From NCBI GenBank assembly GCA_016208905.1, contig JACQXG010000052.1, positions 551 through 64,550 on the forward strand: 64,000 nucleotides of DNA. The letters are read 5' to 3'. The position numbers and the translations under genes are program-made. Below are positions 24,423-33,964 of the stretch, piece after piece. The notes beneath the pieces are model-generated. The model was not told where the DNA came from. It was given only the letters and a program-made list of their open reading frames with translations, and did not search any database. The first letter of the stretch is position 1. Every line of letters starts with the position of its first letter. This DNA is from Nitrospirota bacterium. Lineage in GTDB: Bacteria; Nitrospirota; Thermodesulfovibrionia; UBA6902.

Positions 24423-26606
24423 TTAACCATGCCCCCGCCGCATACAGACCCTCACTAATTTCGCTTCTTCGTAGCTGACTGTTCCTTTGAAATGTTCAAT
24501 GACGGGAGTGAGCTGCCATGACTGAAGTGTCAGGAACAGTTTCCCTATGTCTTCACGTTTCTGCGGTTCAATAAGACGATCTATGTCCAGGCCTCGGCCA
24601 TCCATTATTAATTGCTCTATGTGCCCTGTTATTGTGGATTGTGCAAGATTGCGTGCCCTTGCGATTTCCTCAACTGACATGCCTTGTGAAAAGAGCGCAT
24701 AGGTTTTTTCAATGGTCTCCCCTTTTATCTTATCGGCAGGTTTGGCAGGATTATCATAAGAATATTCCGCCGGAACAGAAATGTCCGGGTTTTCATTGAG
24801 ATAAGTCTTTATCGACCTTATAAAGTCTTCTCCATAACGCTCCAGTTTGGCATTGCCGACCCCGCTGATTCCTGCCATCTCAGGCAAAGACGCCGGATAG
24901 CGCCTGCACATTTCATGAAGCGTCTTGTCCGAGAATATTATGAATGGGGGCACCTTCTGTTCATCGGCAAGGCCTTTACGCAGGACGCGCAGTTTTTCAA
25001 AAAGGACTTTATCATAGCTCTCAAACGCGCCTCCTCTTGCGGCGCGCTGTTTCTTTTTAGGCCCTTCTCTTTTTAAGGCGCTGATATTTTCGCTGCCGAA
25101 GAGCGCCCTTTTTCCCTTTTCCGTTAGTTTCAGAACAGGATATCTGTCACCATCCTGGGATATTACATCCTGTGCAAGAAGCTCATCTGCTATGAAGCGC
25201 CAGTGGTGTTTGTCCTTGTCCCTGCCTGCGCCGTAAGTCTTGATCTTGTCGTGTTCGAGTTCCCGGATGCGTTTTGAATCAGCGCCTGTGACGATATCAA
25301 TTATGTGCATTATTCCGAAACGCTGGCCGGTCCTTGACATGGCCGACATAAATATCCGGGCATCGGTTGTAACATCGATTTTATCAACTGTCCCGGTACA
25401 GATATCACAGGCGCCGCAGTTTTCATCTTTATAATCTTCGCCGAAATACTCAAGAAGCTGCCTGCGCCTGCATACATTATGCGATGCGTACTTTACCATT
25501 TGATTCAGTTTCTCCATTGCAACGGCCCGCTCCCTGTCATCAGGCGTCTGGTCGATAAAATATTTTATCTTCGGGATATCTCCCCTCCCGAAAAAGAGGA
25601 CGCACTCGGCAGGCCCGCCGTCACGGCCTGAACGTCCTGTTTCCTGATAATAGCCCTCAATATTTTTAGGCAGGTCGGCATGGATAACGAAGCGCACGTT
25701 TGATTTGTCTATGCCCATGCCAAAGGCGATTGTTGCTGTCATGACATGTACTTCGTCCCTGTTAAAGGCCTCCTGGTTTTTTTTCCGCTCCTCCTGCGAC
25801 AGTCCCGCGTGATATGGCAGGGCCTTGATCCCGCTTTCTGTCAGCATGTCCGCCATTGCGGCCACGGAGTCGCGGGTGGTGCGGTAAATTATCCCCGGCT
25901 CTCCTGCATATTTCCGGAGAATATCCAGCACCTGCGTCATTAATTCCTGTTTACTTTCTACACGGTAAAAAAGATTGCCGCGGTTGAATGAGGCCCTTAC
26001 CGTAAAAGGGGACCTGAGGCCGGTTTTACTGATGATGTCGTTCTGGACCCGTTGAGTGGCCGTCGCCGTAAAAGCCGCTACAGGGACTTGAGGAAATGTC
26101 TCAGTAATATTTGAGAGACTGAGATAATCAGGACGAAAGTCATGTCCCCACTCTGAAATGCAGTGGGCCTCATCTATGGCAAAAAGAGAGATGGGGACTG
26201 CCTTTAATGTCTCAATAAAATTGGGCATTGCAAAACGTTCAGGAGCGATATACAGAAGATCCAGTGAATTATTTCTAAGGCTGTGGAATACGGAAGCAGT
26301 CTCTTTTGATGTTAACGAGCTATTTATAAAAGCCGCGGAAATCCCGTTTTCAACAGCAGCATCCACTTGGTCCTTCATCAACGAAATCAGGGGGCTTATG
26401 ACCACTGCTGTTCCCTTCATTATTTTGGCGGGCAGTTGATAGCAGAGTGATTTTCCCCCGCCGGTCGGCATCACGGCAAAGACGTCCTTCCCGTCGAGTA
26501 TGCTCTGTATGATCTCTTCCTGATTCGGACGAAAGGACTGAAATCCAAAGACCTTTTTCAGAGTATCAAAAACCGGAAAGGTATTTTTTACAGACTTTTC
26601 TCCCAT
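24423..26606 (-). CDS. recQ: ATP-dependent DNA helicase RecQ with a C-terminal HRDC and HTH extension
   Basis: 727 aa. Contains PTGGGKSLCYQLPA, DEAHCISEWGHDFRPDY and a zinc-binding CRRR...CGACDIC. The HRDC region is present. The C-terminal sequence is SVEEIARARNLAQSTITGHI. Confidence 0.9.
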   Translation of the reverse strand: MGEKSVKNTFPVFDTLKKVFGFQSFRPNQEEIIQSILDGKDVFAVMPTGGGKSLCYQLPAKIMKGTAVVISPLISLMKDQVDAAVENGISAAFINSSLTSKETASVFHSLRNNSLDLLYIAPERFAMPNFIETLKAVPISLFAIDEAHCISEWGHDFRPDYLSLSNITETFPQVPVAAFTATATQRVQNDIISKTGLRSPFTVRASFNRGNLFYRVESKQELMTQVLDILRKYAGEPGIIYRTTRDSVAAMADMLTESGIKALPYHAGLSQEERKKNQEAFNRDEVHVMTATIAFGMGIDKSNVRFVIHADLPKNIEGYYQETGRSGRDGGPAECVLFFGRGDIPKIKYFIDQTPDDRERAVAMEKLNQMVKYASHNVCRRRQLLEYFGEDYKDENCGACDICTGTVDKIDVTTDARIFMSAMSRTGQRFGIMHIIDIVTGADSKRIRELEHDKIKTYGAGRDKDKHHWRFIADELLAQDVISQDGDRYPVLKLTEKGKRALFGSENISALKREGPKKKQRAARGGAFESYDKVLFEKLRVLRKGLADEQKVPPFIIFSDKTLHEMCRRYPASLPEMAGISGVGNAKLERYGEDFIRSIKTYLNENPDISVPAEYSYDNPAKPADKIKGETIEKTYALFSQGMSVEEIARARNLAQSTITGHIEQLIMDGRGLDIDRLIEPQKREDIGKLFLTLQSWQLTPVIEHFKGTVSYEEAKLVRVCMRRGHG

Positions 26607-26705
26607 AGTTGTCCTCCATGTCCCCTTGAATTCGATTTGATAGTTTAGACTAAAACAGAAGCTTTATCAATATGATGATGTCTGCATTATTTGGGCTAAT
26701 GGGGT

Positions 26706-29327
26706 TTACTTTGCCGCTACCTCTTCTTTGTTCCTTGCCCGTTTTCTTCTAAAAACCGGACTATCGCCTTCCATATCAACCTCTATCACATCTCCGGACT
26801 TAAAGACTCCCTCAAGCAATTTTGTTGCAAGCGGATTCAATATCTCTTTCTGAATGGCCCTTTTAAGAGGCCTTGCTCCATAAAGCGGGTCATATCCTGT
26901 TTCGGCAAGAAAGGCCTTTGTCCTTTCAGTCAGTTCGAGATCAACATGCCTGTCTTTAAGATGACCCTTCATACGGCCAATCTGAATGTCGACGATCTTC
27001 ATTATCAGTTCTTTATTGAGGGCATGAAAAATTATTGTCTCGTCGATCCTGTTTAAAAATTCCGGCTTAAAGGATTTCTTCAAATCGTCCATTATGCTCT
27101 TACGAATCTGTTCTTCCATTGTCCACTCTGTAAGCATTTCCTGAATATGCCGGCTTCCGATATTTGATGTCATGATTACTACAGTGTTTCTGAAATCGAC
27201 GGTCCTTCCATGTCCGTCAGTGAGCCGCCCGTCGTCAAGTAGCTGGAGAAGTACGTTAAAGACTTCGGGATGGGCCTTTTCAATCTCGTCAAAAAGAATA
27301 ACGGCATAAGGCTTTCTCCTGATGGCCTCTGTCAGCTGGCCGCCTTCATCATAACCAACATATCCGGGCGGAGCGCCTATAAGTCTTGATACGGTATGCC
27401 GTTCCTGATATTCGGACATGTCGATCCTGATCATTGCATTTTCGTTATCGAACAGGAACTCGGCAAGGGCCCTTGCAAGCTCTGTCTTCCCGACCCCGGT
27501 GGGGCCAAGGAATATAAAAGACCCGATTGGCCTGTCAGGGTCCTGAATCCCCGCGCGGGCCCTTCTCACTGCATCTGAAACCGCCTTTATTGCCTCACTC
27601 TGTCCAACTACCCGGAGTCTCAAATTATCTTCCATCTTTAAAAGCTTTTCAACTTCTCCCTCAAGCATTTTACTGACAGGAATACCTGTCCATTTAGAGA
27701 CAATCCCGGCTATGTCTTCTTCATCAACTTCTTCTTTCAGCAGTCTGCTCGCGCCTTTTTCCTGAATAAGCTTTTCATTTTCTTTCTCAAACTGTTTTTG
27801 CAGGGCAGGGAGCGTTCCGTATTTCAGCTCGGAGGCCTTCTGGAAGTCTCCTTCCCTTTCAGCTTTGTCAGCATCGAGCTTTGCCTTTTCAATCTCTTCT
27901 TTAATGGCGCTTGACTTGCCTATAGACTCCTTTTCCCTCAGCCATTGGGCCTTTAACACATCCCTCTTTTCAGTTAAACCGGAAATTTCCTCTTTAATGA
28001 GATCGAGTCTTTCCTTTGAAGCTTCGTCTTTTTCCTTCATCACGGCCTGTTTCTCAATTTCATATTGCCTCAGTTTTCTTTCAAGCTCATCGAGTTCCAC
28101 TGGCATGCTGTCTATTTCCATTTTCAGTTTTGACGCAGCTTCATCTATAAGATCGATGGCCTTGTCAGGCAGGAACCTGTCAGTAATATATCTGTTGCTT
28201 AATACTGCTGCAGCCACAATGGCGGCGTCTTTTATTATCACTCCATGATGGACCTCGTAACGTTCCTTCAGTCCCCGCAGGATGGATATCGTGTCCTCCA
28301 CGCCCGGCTCATGAACATGAACAGGCTGAAACCTTCTTTCAAGCGCAGGGTCTTTTTCAATATGCTTCCGGTATTCTGAAAGGGTAGTTGCGCCAATGCA
28401 CCTCAGCTCTCCGCGCGCAAGGGCCGGTTTAAGCATATTTGATGCGTCTATGGCGCCTTCGGCCGCCCCTGCTCCCACTACGGTATGAAGCTCATCAATA
28501 AAAAGAATTATACTGCCCTGCGCATCCTCTATTTCTTTCAAAACAGCCTTCAGCCTGTCTTCAAACTCTCCTCTGAATTTTGCTCCGGCCACAAGCGCGC
28601 CCATATCAAGGGCGACTACTTTTTTGTCTTTAAGACTCAGGGGGACATCGCCGGAGGTTATTCTCTGTGCAAGGCCTTCCGCGATTGCTGTCTTGCCGAC
28701 CCCGGGTTCACCAATTACAACGGGATTATTTTTTGTCCTGCGGGAAAGGACCTGGATTACCCTTCTTATTTCATCATCTCTGCCGATTACCGGATCAAGC
28801 CTGCCTTTTTTTGCGAGTTCCGTCAAATCTCTTGCGTACTTTTTTAATGCCTGATATTTTTCTTCAGGCGCAGGGTCTGTCACACTCTGCGCGCCTCTGA
28901 TCTCCCGCATGGCCGATAGTACCTTATCAGCGGTAACACCGAGACTTCTCAGAAATTTTTCCGGCCTGTTTTGAGTTTTGATGATCCCGAGAAGCAGATG
29001 CTCGACACTGACATACTCATCTTTAAGGTGCTCGGCCTCTTTGAATGCCGCTTCAAATACATCCTTTAATTCCCGGGTAACATAGAGCTGTCCTACAGGG
29101 GAGGGCCCCAGGACCTTGGGCAGTTTTTCAATTACCGCATTAATCTCCATTCTCAGAGTCGCTGTGTCAACTCTGAGCGCTTTGATGATCTCAAGTGCAA
29201 TCCCTTCCTCAAGAAGCACATATAAAAGATGTTCTACATCAACCTGCTGGTTGCCCTTTTGCTGGGCCAGTTCCTGTGCCTTCTGAATGGCTTCCTGGCT
29301 TTTTATCGTAAATTTATCCGCTCTCAT
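26706..29327 (-). CDS. clpB: ClpB disaggregase
   Basis: Two AAA+ modules ([18 protein letters not shown]) flank a long coiled-coil middle domain. I set the start at ATG 29327 (MRADKFT), which follows GGAGG at a 5-nt spacing. The track's TTG start at 29339 lies inside that RBS. Confidence 0.9.
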   Translation of the reverse strand: MRADKFTIKSQEAIQKAQELAQQKGNQQVDVEHLLYVLLEEGIALEIIKALRVDTATLRMEINAVIEKLPKVLGPSPVGQLYVTRELKDVFEAAFKEAEHLKDEYVSVEHLLLGIIKTQNRPEKFLRSLGVTADKVLSAMREIRGAQSVTDPAPEEKYQALKKYARDLTELAKKGRLDPVIGRDDEIRRVIQVLSRRTKNNPVVIGEPGVGKTAIAEGLAQRITSGDVPLSLKDKKVVALDMGALVAGAKFRGEFEDRLKAVLKEIEDAQGSIILFIDELHTVVGAGAAEGAIDASNMLKPALARGELRCIGATTLSEYRKHIEKDPALERRFQPVHVHEPGVEDTISILRGLKERYEVHHGVIIKDAAIVAAAVLSNRYITDRFLPDKAIDLIDEAASKLKMEIDSMPVELDELERKLRQYEIEKQAVMKEKDEASKERLDLIKEEISGLTEKRDVLKAQWLREKESIGKSSAIKEEIEKAKLDADKAEREGDFQKASELKYGTLPALQKQFEKENEKLIQEKGASRLLKEEVDEEDIAGIVSKWTGIPVSKMLEGEVEKLLKMEDNLRLRVVGQSEAIKAVSDAVRRARAGIQDPDRPIGSFIFLGPTGVGKTELARALAEFLFDNENAMIRIDMSEYQERHTVSRLIGAPPGYVGYDEGGQLTEAIRRKPYAVILFDEIEKAHPEVFNVLLQLLDDGRLTDGHGRTVDFRNTVVIMTSNIGSRHIQEMLTEWTMEEQIRKSIMDDLKKSFKPEFLNRIDETIIFHALNKELIMKIVDIQIGRMKGHLKDRHVDLELTERTKAFLAETGYDPLYGARPLKRAIQKEILNPLATKLLEGVFKSGDVIEVDMEGDSPVFRRKRARNKEEVAAK

Positions 29328-29389
29328 TCGGACCTCCAAAAATATAACCTTGAGAACCGTTCAAACTGTATAAACGTTTTTAAGTCTTC

Positions 29390-29734
29390 TTATTCTTCCT
29401 TCTCAAATAGTTTCGCAATTTTTTTCCTGAACTCTTTTCTTATATCGCTTTCAAGATATTCCATCATCTGTTCCATTTCTATTTGAAGGGCCTCAAATCT
29501 TCTTCTCATCCTGAGAATTATATCCACGCCGGCCCTGTTTACCCCGAGCTCTTTGGTAAGGTTAAGGATCATCCTGATTCGTTCAAGGTCTTCCTGTGAA
29601 TAGAGTCTCGCTCCTCCGACCCTGTGCGGATTCAGCAGCCCTTCCCGTTCATATAATCTCAGGGTCTGCGGATGGATATTAAACATTTCGCAAACTACAC
29701 CGATCATGAATAAGGGCCGCTTTTTATCTTTCAT
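29390..29734 (-). CDS. hspR: MerR-family heat-shock repressor, HspR-like
   Basis: The MerR HTH reads IGVVCEMFNIHPQTLRLYEREGLL. The gene sits between dnaJ and clpB. I set the start at ATG 29734 (MKDKK). The longer track start reads through an intergenic repeat. Confidence 0.7.
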   Translation of the reverse strand: MKDKKRPLFMIGVVCEMFNIHPQTLRLYEREGLLNPHRVGGARLYSQEDLERIRMILNLTKELGVNRAGVDIILRMRRRFEALQIEMEQMMEYLESDIRKEFRKKIAKLFEKEE

Positions 29735-29763
29735 AACTGCCTCATAATTAAGGTCCTGAGGAA

Positions 29764-29809
29764 CACAGGCACAAAGGCACAAAGTTGTTCTTTCCTCTGT
29801 GCCTTTGCT
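29764..29809. repeat. octamer-array repeat (GCACAAAG x2) with an inverted partner, forming a hairpin between dnaJ and hspR
   Basis: CACAGGCACAAAGGCACAAAG ... CTCTGTGCCTTTGC. The sequence 29772-29784 pairs with 29796-29808 with one mismatch. Confidence 0.65.
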
Positions 29810-29813
29810 TTTA

Positions 29814-30863
29814 TCATTTATACGCTTTTTCTATTTCCTCTAAAGCTTCCTTTGTCTTGTTTGTTACTTTCTTTGGCACTATTATTTTTATAACAGCGAA
29901 TTCATCTCCTCTCACGCTGGTTTTTCTATGCGGCATGCCTTTTCCCTTGAGCTTGAATTTTTTCCCGCTGTCTGTTCCAGGAGGCAGAGTCATTGTAACT
30001 GTGCCGTCAAGAGTAGGGACATTGATCTTTCCCCCGAGCGTTGCTTCAACGACTGTGACCGGGACATCCACGTAAATATTATTCCCGTCACGTTTAAAGA
30101 TGGAGTGTGGTTTCACGCTGAGCTCTATATATAAGTCGCCTGCCGGTCCGCCCATTGCGCCTGCACTGCCCATGCCTCTGAGTTTGACCCTGCTGCCTGT
30201 GTCTGCTCCGGGCGGGATATTGACTTTTATTGTATCGTTTGCAGCATTGCTTCCGCTGCCCCTGCAGGCTGAACAGGCTTTTGATATCACCTTTCCTCTT
30301 CCCCTGCATGCAGGGCACGGCTGGCTCAGCTTGAATACCCCCCGGCTCTGTTTTACTGATCCGCTGCCCTTGCAATGGGTACAGGATTGAGATGTCTCGG
30401 CCCCTGAACCTCCACACCTTTTGCAGGAAACCTCCCTTGACAGTGTTAGCGACCTGGTTACTCCTTTGTATGCCTCATCAAGAGAAATATCAAAACTGGT
30501 TACCAGATCAGCGCCTCTTTGAGGGACATCTTCCTGTCTAAAATTGTTAAACAGATTGGAAAAAATGTCTTCAGCACTGCTTGACCCAAAACCATAATCA
30601 CGAGTCCCATATCCCCCGAAACCGTGCGTTCCTTCAAAAGGCGTCTTACCGAACTGGTCATATTCGGCCCTCTTTTTCTTGTCACTGAGAATTTCATATG
30701 CCTCGTTTATCTCTTTAAATTTCTTCTCAGCCGTATTATCTCCGGGATTTAAGTCAGGGTGATACTTGCGGGCAAGTTTTCTATAAGACTTTTTTATTTC
30801 ATCTGCGGAGGCTTCTTTCTTGACCCCTAGTGTCTCGTAATAGTCTTGCGTTGTAGTAGACAT
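29814..30863 (-). CDS. dnaJ: DnaJ-type co-chaperone (J domain, G/F region, four CxxCxGxG zinc motifs)
   Basis: 349 aa. Contains DYYETLGV...KYHPD, plus [24 protein letters not shown] and CSACRGSG. Confidence 0.85.
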   Translation of the reverse strand: MSTTTQDYYETLGVKKEASADEIKKSYRKLARKYHPDLNPGDNTAEKKFKEINEAYEILSDKKKRAEYDQFGKTPFEGTHGFGGYGTRDYGFGSSSAEDIFSNLFNNFRQEDVPQRGADLVTSFDISLDEAYKGVTRSLTLSREVSCKRCGGSGAETSQSCTHCKGSGSVKQSRGVFKLSQPCPACRGRGKVISKACSACRGSGSNAANDTIKVNIPPGADTGSRVKLRGMGSAGAMGGPAGDLYIELSVKPHSIFKRDGNNIYVDVPVTVVEATLGGKINVPTLDGTVTMTLPPGTDSGKKFKLKGKGMPHRKTSVRGDEFAVIKIIVPKKVTNKTKEALEEIEKAYK

Positions 30864-30909
30864 ATTGTTGGCCTTCTTTTATTTCAAAGTTTATATTTAT
30901 TTTAATTTC

Positions 30910-30938
30910 ATAATATCACTTGATATGAATCGTGTCAA
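30910..30938 (-). promoter_or_regulatory. sigma-70-type promoter of the dnaJ-hspR-clpB operon (TTGACA-17-TATTAT)
   Basis: Read on the minus strand: TTGACA (30938-30933), a 17-nt spacer, then TATTAT (30915-30910). It lies 47 nt upstream of the dnaJ ATG. Confidence 0.55.
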
Positions 30939-30939
30939 G
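30919..30939. promoter_or_regulatory. HAIR-like operator (HspR-associated inverted repeat)
   Basis: CTTGATA-TGAATCG-TGTCAAG, compared with the published HAIR consensus CTTGAGT-N7-ACTCAAG. It overlaps the -35 element and spacer of the promoter above. Confidence 0.6.
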
Positions 30940-31020
30940 TCAGCTAATATTATAAATGGCAACTCAAATTATAGAATAATTGTACCATATGAAATAAATC
31001 AGTCAATAGCGGACTGGTTA

Positions 31021-31050
31021 GGCACAAAGGCACAAAGGGACAAAGGAGGG
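31021..31050. repeat. octamer-array repeat (GCACAAAG GCACAAAG GGACAAAG)
   Basis: GGCACAAAGGCACAAAGGGACAAAGGAGGG. The unit matches those at 29764 and 41600. Confidence 0.65.
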
Positions 31051-31054
31051 AAAC

Positions 31055-31714
31055 TTAAATAGGAAGCTTTTTATTCAGATATTCCAGATGGGATTTAAGG
31101 AAATTATAATCATCAATATTGTCTACGTCATACCAGAATGGAAGCATTGACAGTTTAACGTCCATTTGCCGGGTTTTATTAAGTATCCCGCTCACATCTT
31201 TACCGGTATCCAGTTTAATGGACCGGGAAATGACATTTATTTTTTCTTTTCTTACTCCAATTAAATATAATCCCTGATCAAAACAGGGTCCGATAACAAA
31301 ATCATTCTTTTTTAAATCGGAAAAAGCCTTCCTGATAAAATTAACCGGCATGGAGGGACTGTCGCTTCCGATTAAAACAATTTCCGAATACCCTTTCCGG
31401 GCGCAGTGTCTAAAGGCATTAAAAATTCGTTCGCCGAGAGTCTTTCCCTGCTGATTGAACATTTTCATGCCGCAACTGTTTGCAATTTTCATGAGGAAAA
31501 TATGATCGTTCGATGGCGCACAGCCCAGGAACCTGTCCACTCCCTTCAAACGGGTGCACCGGGATGTCAGCTCAGTCACAAAAGATTTGTATACTTCAAC
31601 GGTTTTTTCAGCCCCTATGCCTGCCTGAAGCCTTGTTTTTACAGTACCCGGTACAGGGGCTTTTGCAAAAGTAATTAATGCTTTTTTTATGTTGTCTTTT
31701 GGATTATCCTGCAT
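31055..31714 (-). CDS. DUF2064 / TIGR04282-like nucleotidyl- or glycosyl-transferase-fold protein
   Basis: 219 aa. The N-terminal sequence ITFAKAPVPGTVKTRL and GSDSP are typical of that family, as far as I recall. Confidence 0.5.
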   Translation of the reverse strand: MQDNPKDNIKKALITFAKAPVPGTVKTRLQAGIGAEKTVEVYKSFVTELTSRCTRLKGVDRFLGCAPSNDHIFLMKIANSCGMKMFNQQGKTLGERIFNAFRHCARKGYSEIVLIGSDSPSMPVNFIRKAFSDLKKNDFVIGPCFDQGLYLIGVRKEKINVISRSIKLDTGKDVSGILNKTRQMDVKLSMLPFWYDVDNIDDYNFLKSHLEYLNKKLPI

Positions 31715-31907
31715 GATTAAACGTATTATTTATAATAAGGCTGCATTATCGTATGATAATATATCTGAATATCAATTATGCCGGTTTGTAATACACTTAC
31801 TTTAATGGAAAACTTTTAAAATTTCTATATAATTCTGATAATCTAGTATTACGCTATTATTTATCAGCTTTCAATAAAAAAGGCTTTTAATTATATCGGA
31901 GGTGATT

Positions 31908-32081
31908 ATGGCTATTAAAAAAGAACTGCTTGATATCCTTGCGTGCCCAAAGTGCAAAGGCGATATCAGATTAAACAAATCTGAAGACGGCCTTATCTGT
32001 GATAGCTGCAAGCTCTTATATCACATAAAGGATGATATACCTGTGATGCTTATTGATGAGGCAGAGACCTTAAAAGATTAG
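31908..32081 (+). CDS. Trm112-family small zinc-ribbon protein (57 aa), absent from the ORF track
   Basis: My translation is MAIKKELLDILACPKCKGDIRLNKSEDGLICDSCKLLYHIKDDIPVMLIDEAETLKD*. The RBS GGAGGTG lies upstream. Confidence 0.75.
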   Translation: MAIKKELLDILACPKCKGDIRLNKSEDGLICDSCKLLYHIKDDIPVMLIDEAETLKD

Positions 32082-32083
32082 TT

Positions 32084-32176
32084 AGAGATCAGGGCCCGGC
32101 TGTCTAAACAGCAAGCGTCAGGGATTACATATCGGGGACCTTATTTTATAACTCCCGACCCCGGGCCCTGATCTCT
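32084..32176. terminator. 16-bp perfect inverted repeat filling the convergent intergenic gap (bidirectional terminator candidate)
   Basis: AGAGATCAGGGCCCGG (32084-32099) pairs with CCGGGCCCTGATCTCT (32161-32176). The loop is 61 nt and has a smaller internal stem. There is no U-tract. Confidence 0.45.
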
Positions 32177-33828
32177 TATTTTGCAAGCCTCCTGGAAAGA
32201 AAGGAGCCTGTTAAGGCGTCGATATTTGCTGTCAGCTCCTGTAATCTGAGGTCCTTTTCTATCATAATTCTATTATCGCCGGGAGGAGACATTATCAGTT
32301 CGATCTGCAATCTCCTTCTCTCAAAATACAGCCTGGTTACTTCGTTCAGCACATCATCCCTTAATTGGACCATAAGCTTTGACCTGTTATCGATAGAGGT
32401 CTGGTCATCGTTCCATATGAGTTCTCCCAGCTGCCAGGTTAGGGATATTGACCAGCCCTTATCTTTCCCCTTTGTGGTATCATCCTGTACATATTTGCCT
32501 GAATAAAAATAATCGCTGCGCTGCCAGTCTTTGCTCTTATCGTAAGAAAAATTTAAATCCGGAAGCCACGCCCTGTTAGCCGCCGCCTTTCTCCACTCGC
32601 GTATTTTCCCTGGTGAGACTTCCGCATATTCTATCGCAGCTTCTTTTATCTCCTCTATTGAAGGTTCATGATTGAACATGGAAAGCACATCCCCTGTGTC
32701 AGTTCTTAAATACCGCGGATTAATATTTTGCGTGGCTGAAGCAGGCAATAAAGGGGATGATTTATATATTCCCATCTTTGTGACTGCCCACAGGGCAGGG
32801 GGGCCGTTCTGTGCAGCCGGTGCAAAGTCCATATAGCGAATATCGGAAGATACTATGCCTTTATATAGTTCATCCCAGCTGTCGGTGTTCTTCGAGTATC
32901 TGAAAATACCCCTGTCCGTGGCCGCATAAACATGATCAATGTCTGTTGAAGTAACGGCGATATCCCGAACATTATGACTTACGAGGCCTATGCTGCCTGC
33001 AAATGCCCATGTTACACCTCCGTCATTTGATATCAGAAGACCCCTGGACGTACCGGCGTATATTATTCTGCTGTCTGCGGGGTCAGTCAGGATTTTTCTT
33101 GTATGGGATTTGTCTCTAATGCTGTTTATGTCTGTTTCACCCGTATCTTCAGTCTCATCCATGATAAAGGAATGGAGTTCTTCATCGTCAAGGTCTGATT
33201 CATATATCCTCTTCCATTCTAATCCGCTATTCAAGCTTTTATATATCCCTCTGACTGAAGCAGCGTATACTATGTGAAGATTGGCGTCTGCGATAATTGA
33301 GGTAACTGTGAGTTCCGAAGGGAGATTCTGCCCCTTTCCCCAATTATTCCCTGCGTCTTCAGTAAAGAAAATTCCTGCCATTGTTCCTGTATATATATTT
33401 TCTGATTTATTTGGGTTGACAGTTACGGAGAAAACTGCGTTCTCCAGATTTCCCAGACCATTAAATATCCTTTCCCATCGCAGTCCCTGGTCTCTGCTTC
33501 TGTAAAGACCTGCCGCCGTGCCCGCATAAATTATTTGTGAATTCAAGGGATCTGCTGCAATGGTATTTATGCCGTTTTCTGTCCCTCTGAAGGACAGGAC
33601 TTCCGTCCACGTATGCCCGCTGTCTTTAGTTTTATAAACAGTTTTATATGAGCTTGCATAAACTACATCAGGATTGCCTGGATCAACTACCAATGAATGC
33701 AAGTCTGAGGCTTCGATTCCGCTGCTGACATATTTCCATTCTATCTCTTGCATGCCGGCGCGTGCCATTGAAGCTGCTGAAAGGTAAATAAATAAAATAA
33801 ATGCCCGCAAGACGCACGTTCTCATCAT
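32176..33828 (-). CDS. secreted Asp-box (BNR) repeat beta-propeller protein
   Basis: 550 aa with a signal peptide. S-x-D-x-G-x-(T/L/N)-W motifs recur: KDSGHTW, RDQGLRW, EDAGNNW, LNSGLEW, NDGGVTW. Confidence 0.65.
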   Translation of the reverse strand: MMRTCVLRAFILFIYLSAASMARAGMQEIEWKYVSSGIEASDLHSLVVDPGNPDVVYASSYKTVYKTKDSGHTWTEVLSFRGTENGINTIAADPLNSQIIYAGTAAGLYRSRDQGLRWERIFNGLGNLENAVFSVTVNPNKSENIYTGTMAGIFFTEDAGNNWGKGQNLPSELTVTSIIADANLHIVYAASVRGIYKSLNSGLEWKRIYESDLDDEELHSFIMDETEDTGETDINSIRDKSHTRKILTDPADSRIIYAGTSRGLLISNDGGVTWAFAGSIGLVSHNVRDIAVTSTDIDHVYAATDRGIFRYSKNTDSWDELYKGIVSSDIRYMDFAPAAQNGPPALWAVTKMGIYKSSPLLPASATQNINPRYLRTDTGDVLSMFNHEPSIEEIKEAAIEYAEVSPGKIREWRKAAANRAWLPDLNFSYDKSKDWQRSDYFYSGKYVQDDTTKGKDKGWSISLTWQLGELIWNDDQTSIDNRSKLMVQLRDDVLNEVTRLYFERRRLQIELIMSPPGDNRIMIEKDLRLQELTANIDALTGSFLSRRLAK

Positions 33829-33964
33829 TATTACTTTCCTCCCTAAAACAACTCCTGTCCCCGAGAATAGTTTTAATAAATACGCAAAGCAGGCAAAATT
33901 AATGCAGCATTAAGAAGCCCGATATAAATTAGCAGAAGTCAGAAGAAGAGTCTACTGTCATTAT

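Noticed and set aside
29349-29366. Possible second HAIR operator upstream of clpB (CTTGAGAACCGTTCAAAC)
   Set aside because: Only one half-site (CTTGAGA) fits. The second half is not at N7 spacing and does not match ACTCAAG. clpB is more simply explained as the distal gene of the dnaJ operon.
29735-29782. Longer start for hspR (MCLCACVPQDLNYEAV…), and likewise 41665-41745 for the DHH gene (MSLVLHFVPLSLCPFAPLFLCPCYNYC…)
   Set aside because: Both extensions are translations of the GNRCAAAG octamer repeats, whose period of 8 is non-coding. The conserved protein N-termini begin at the downstream ATGs.
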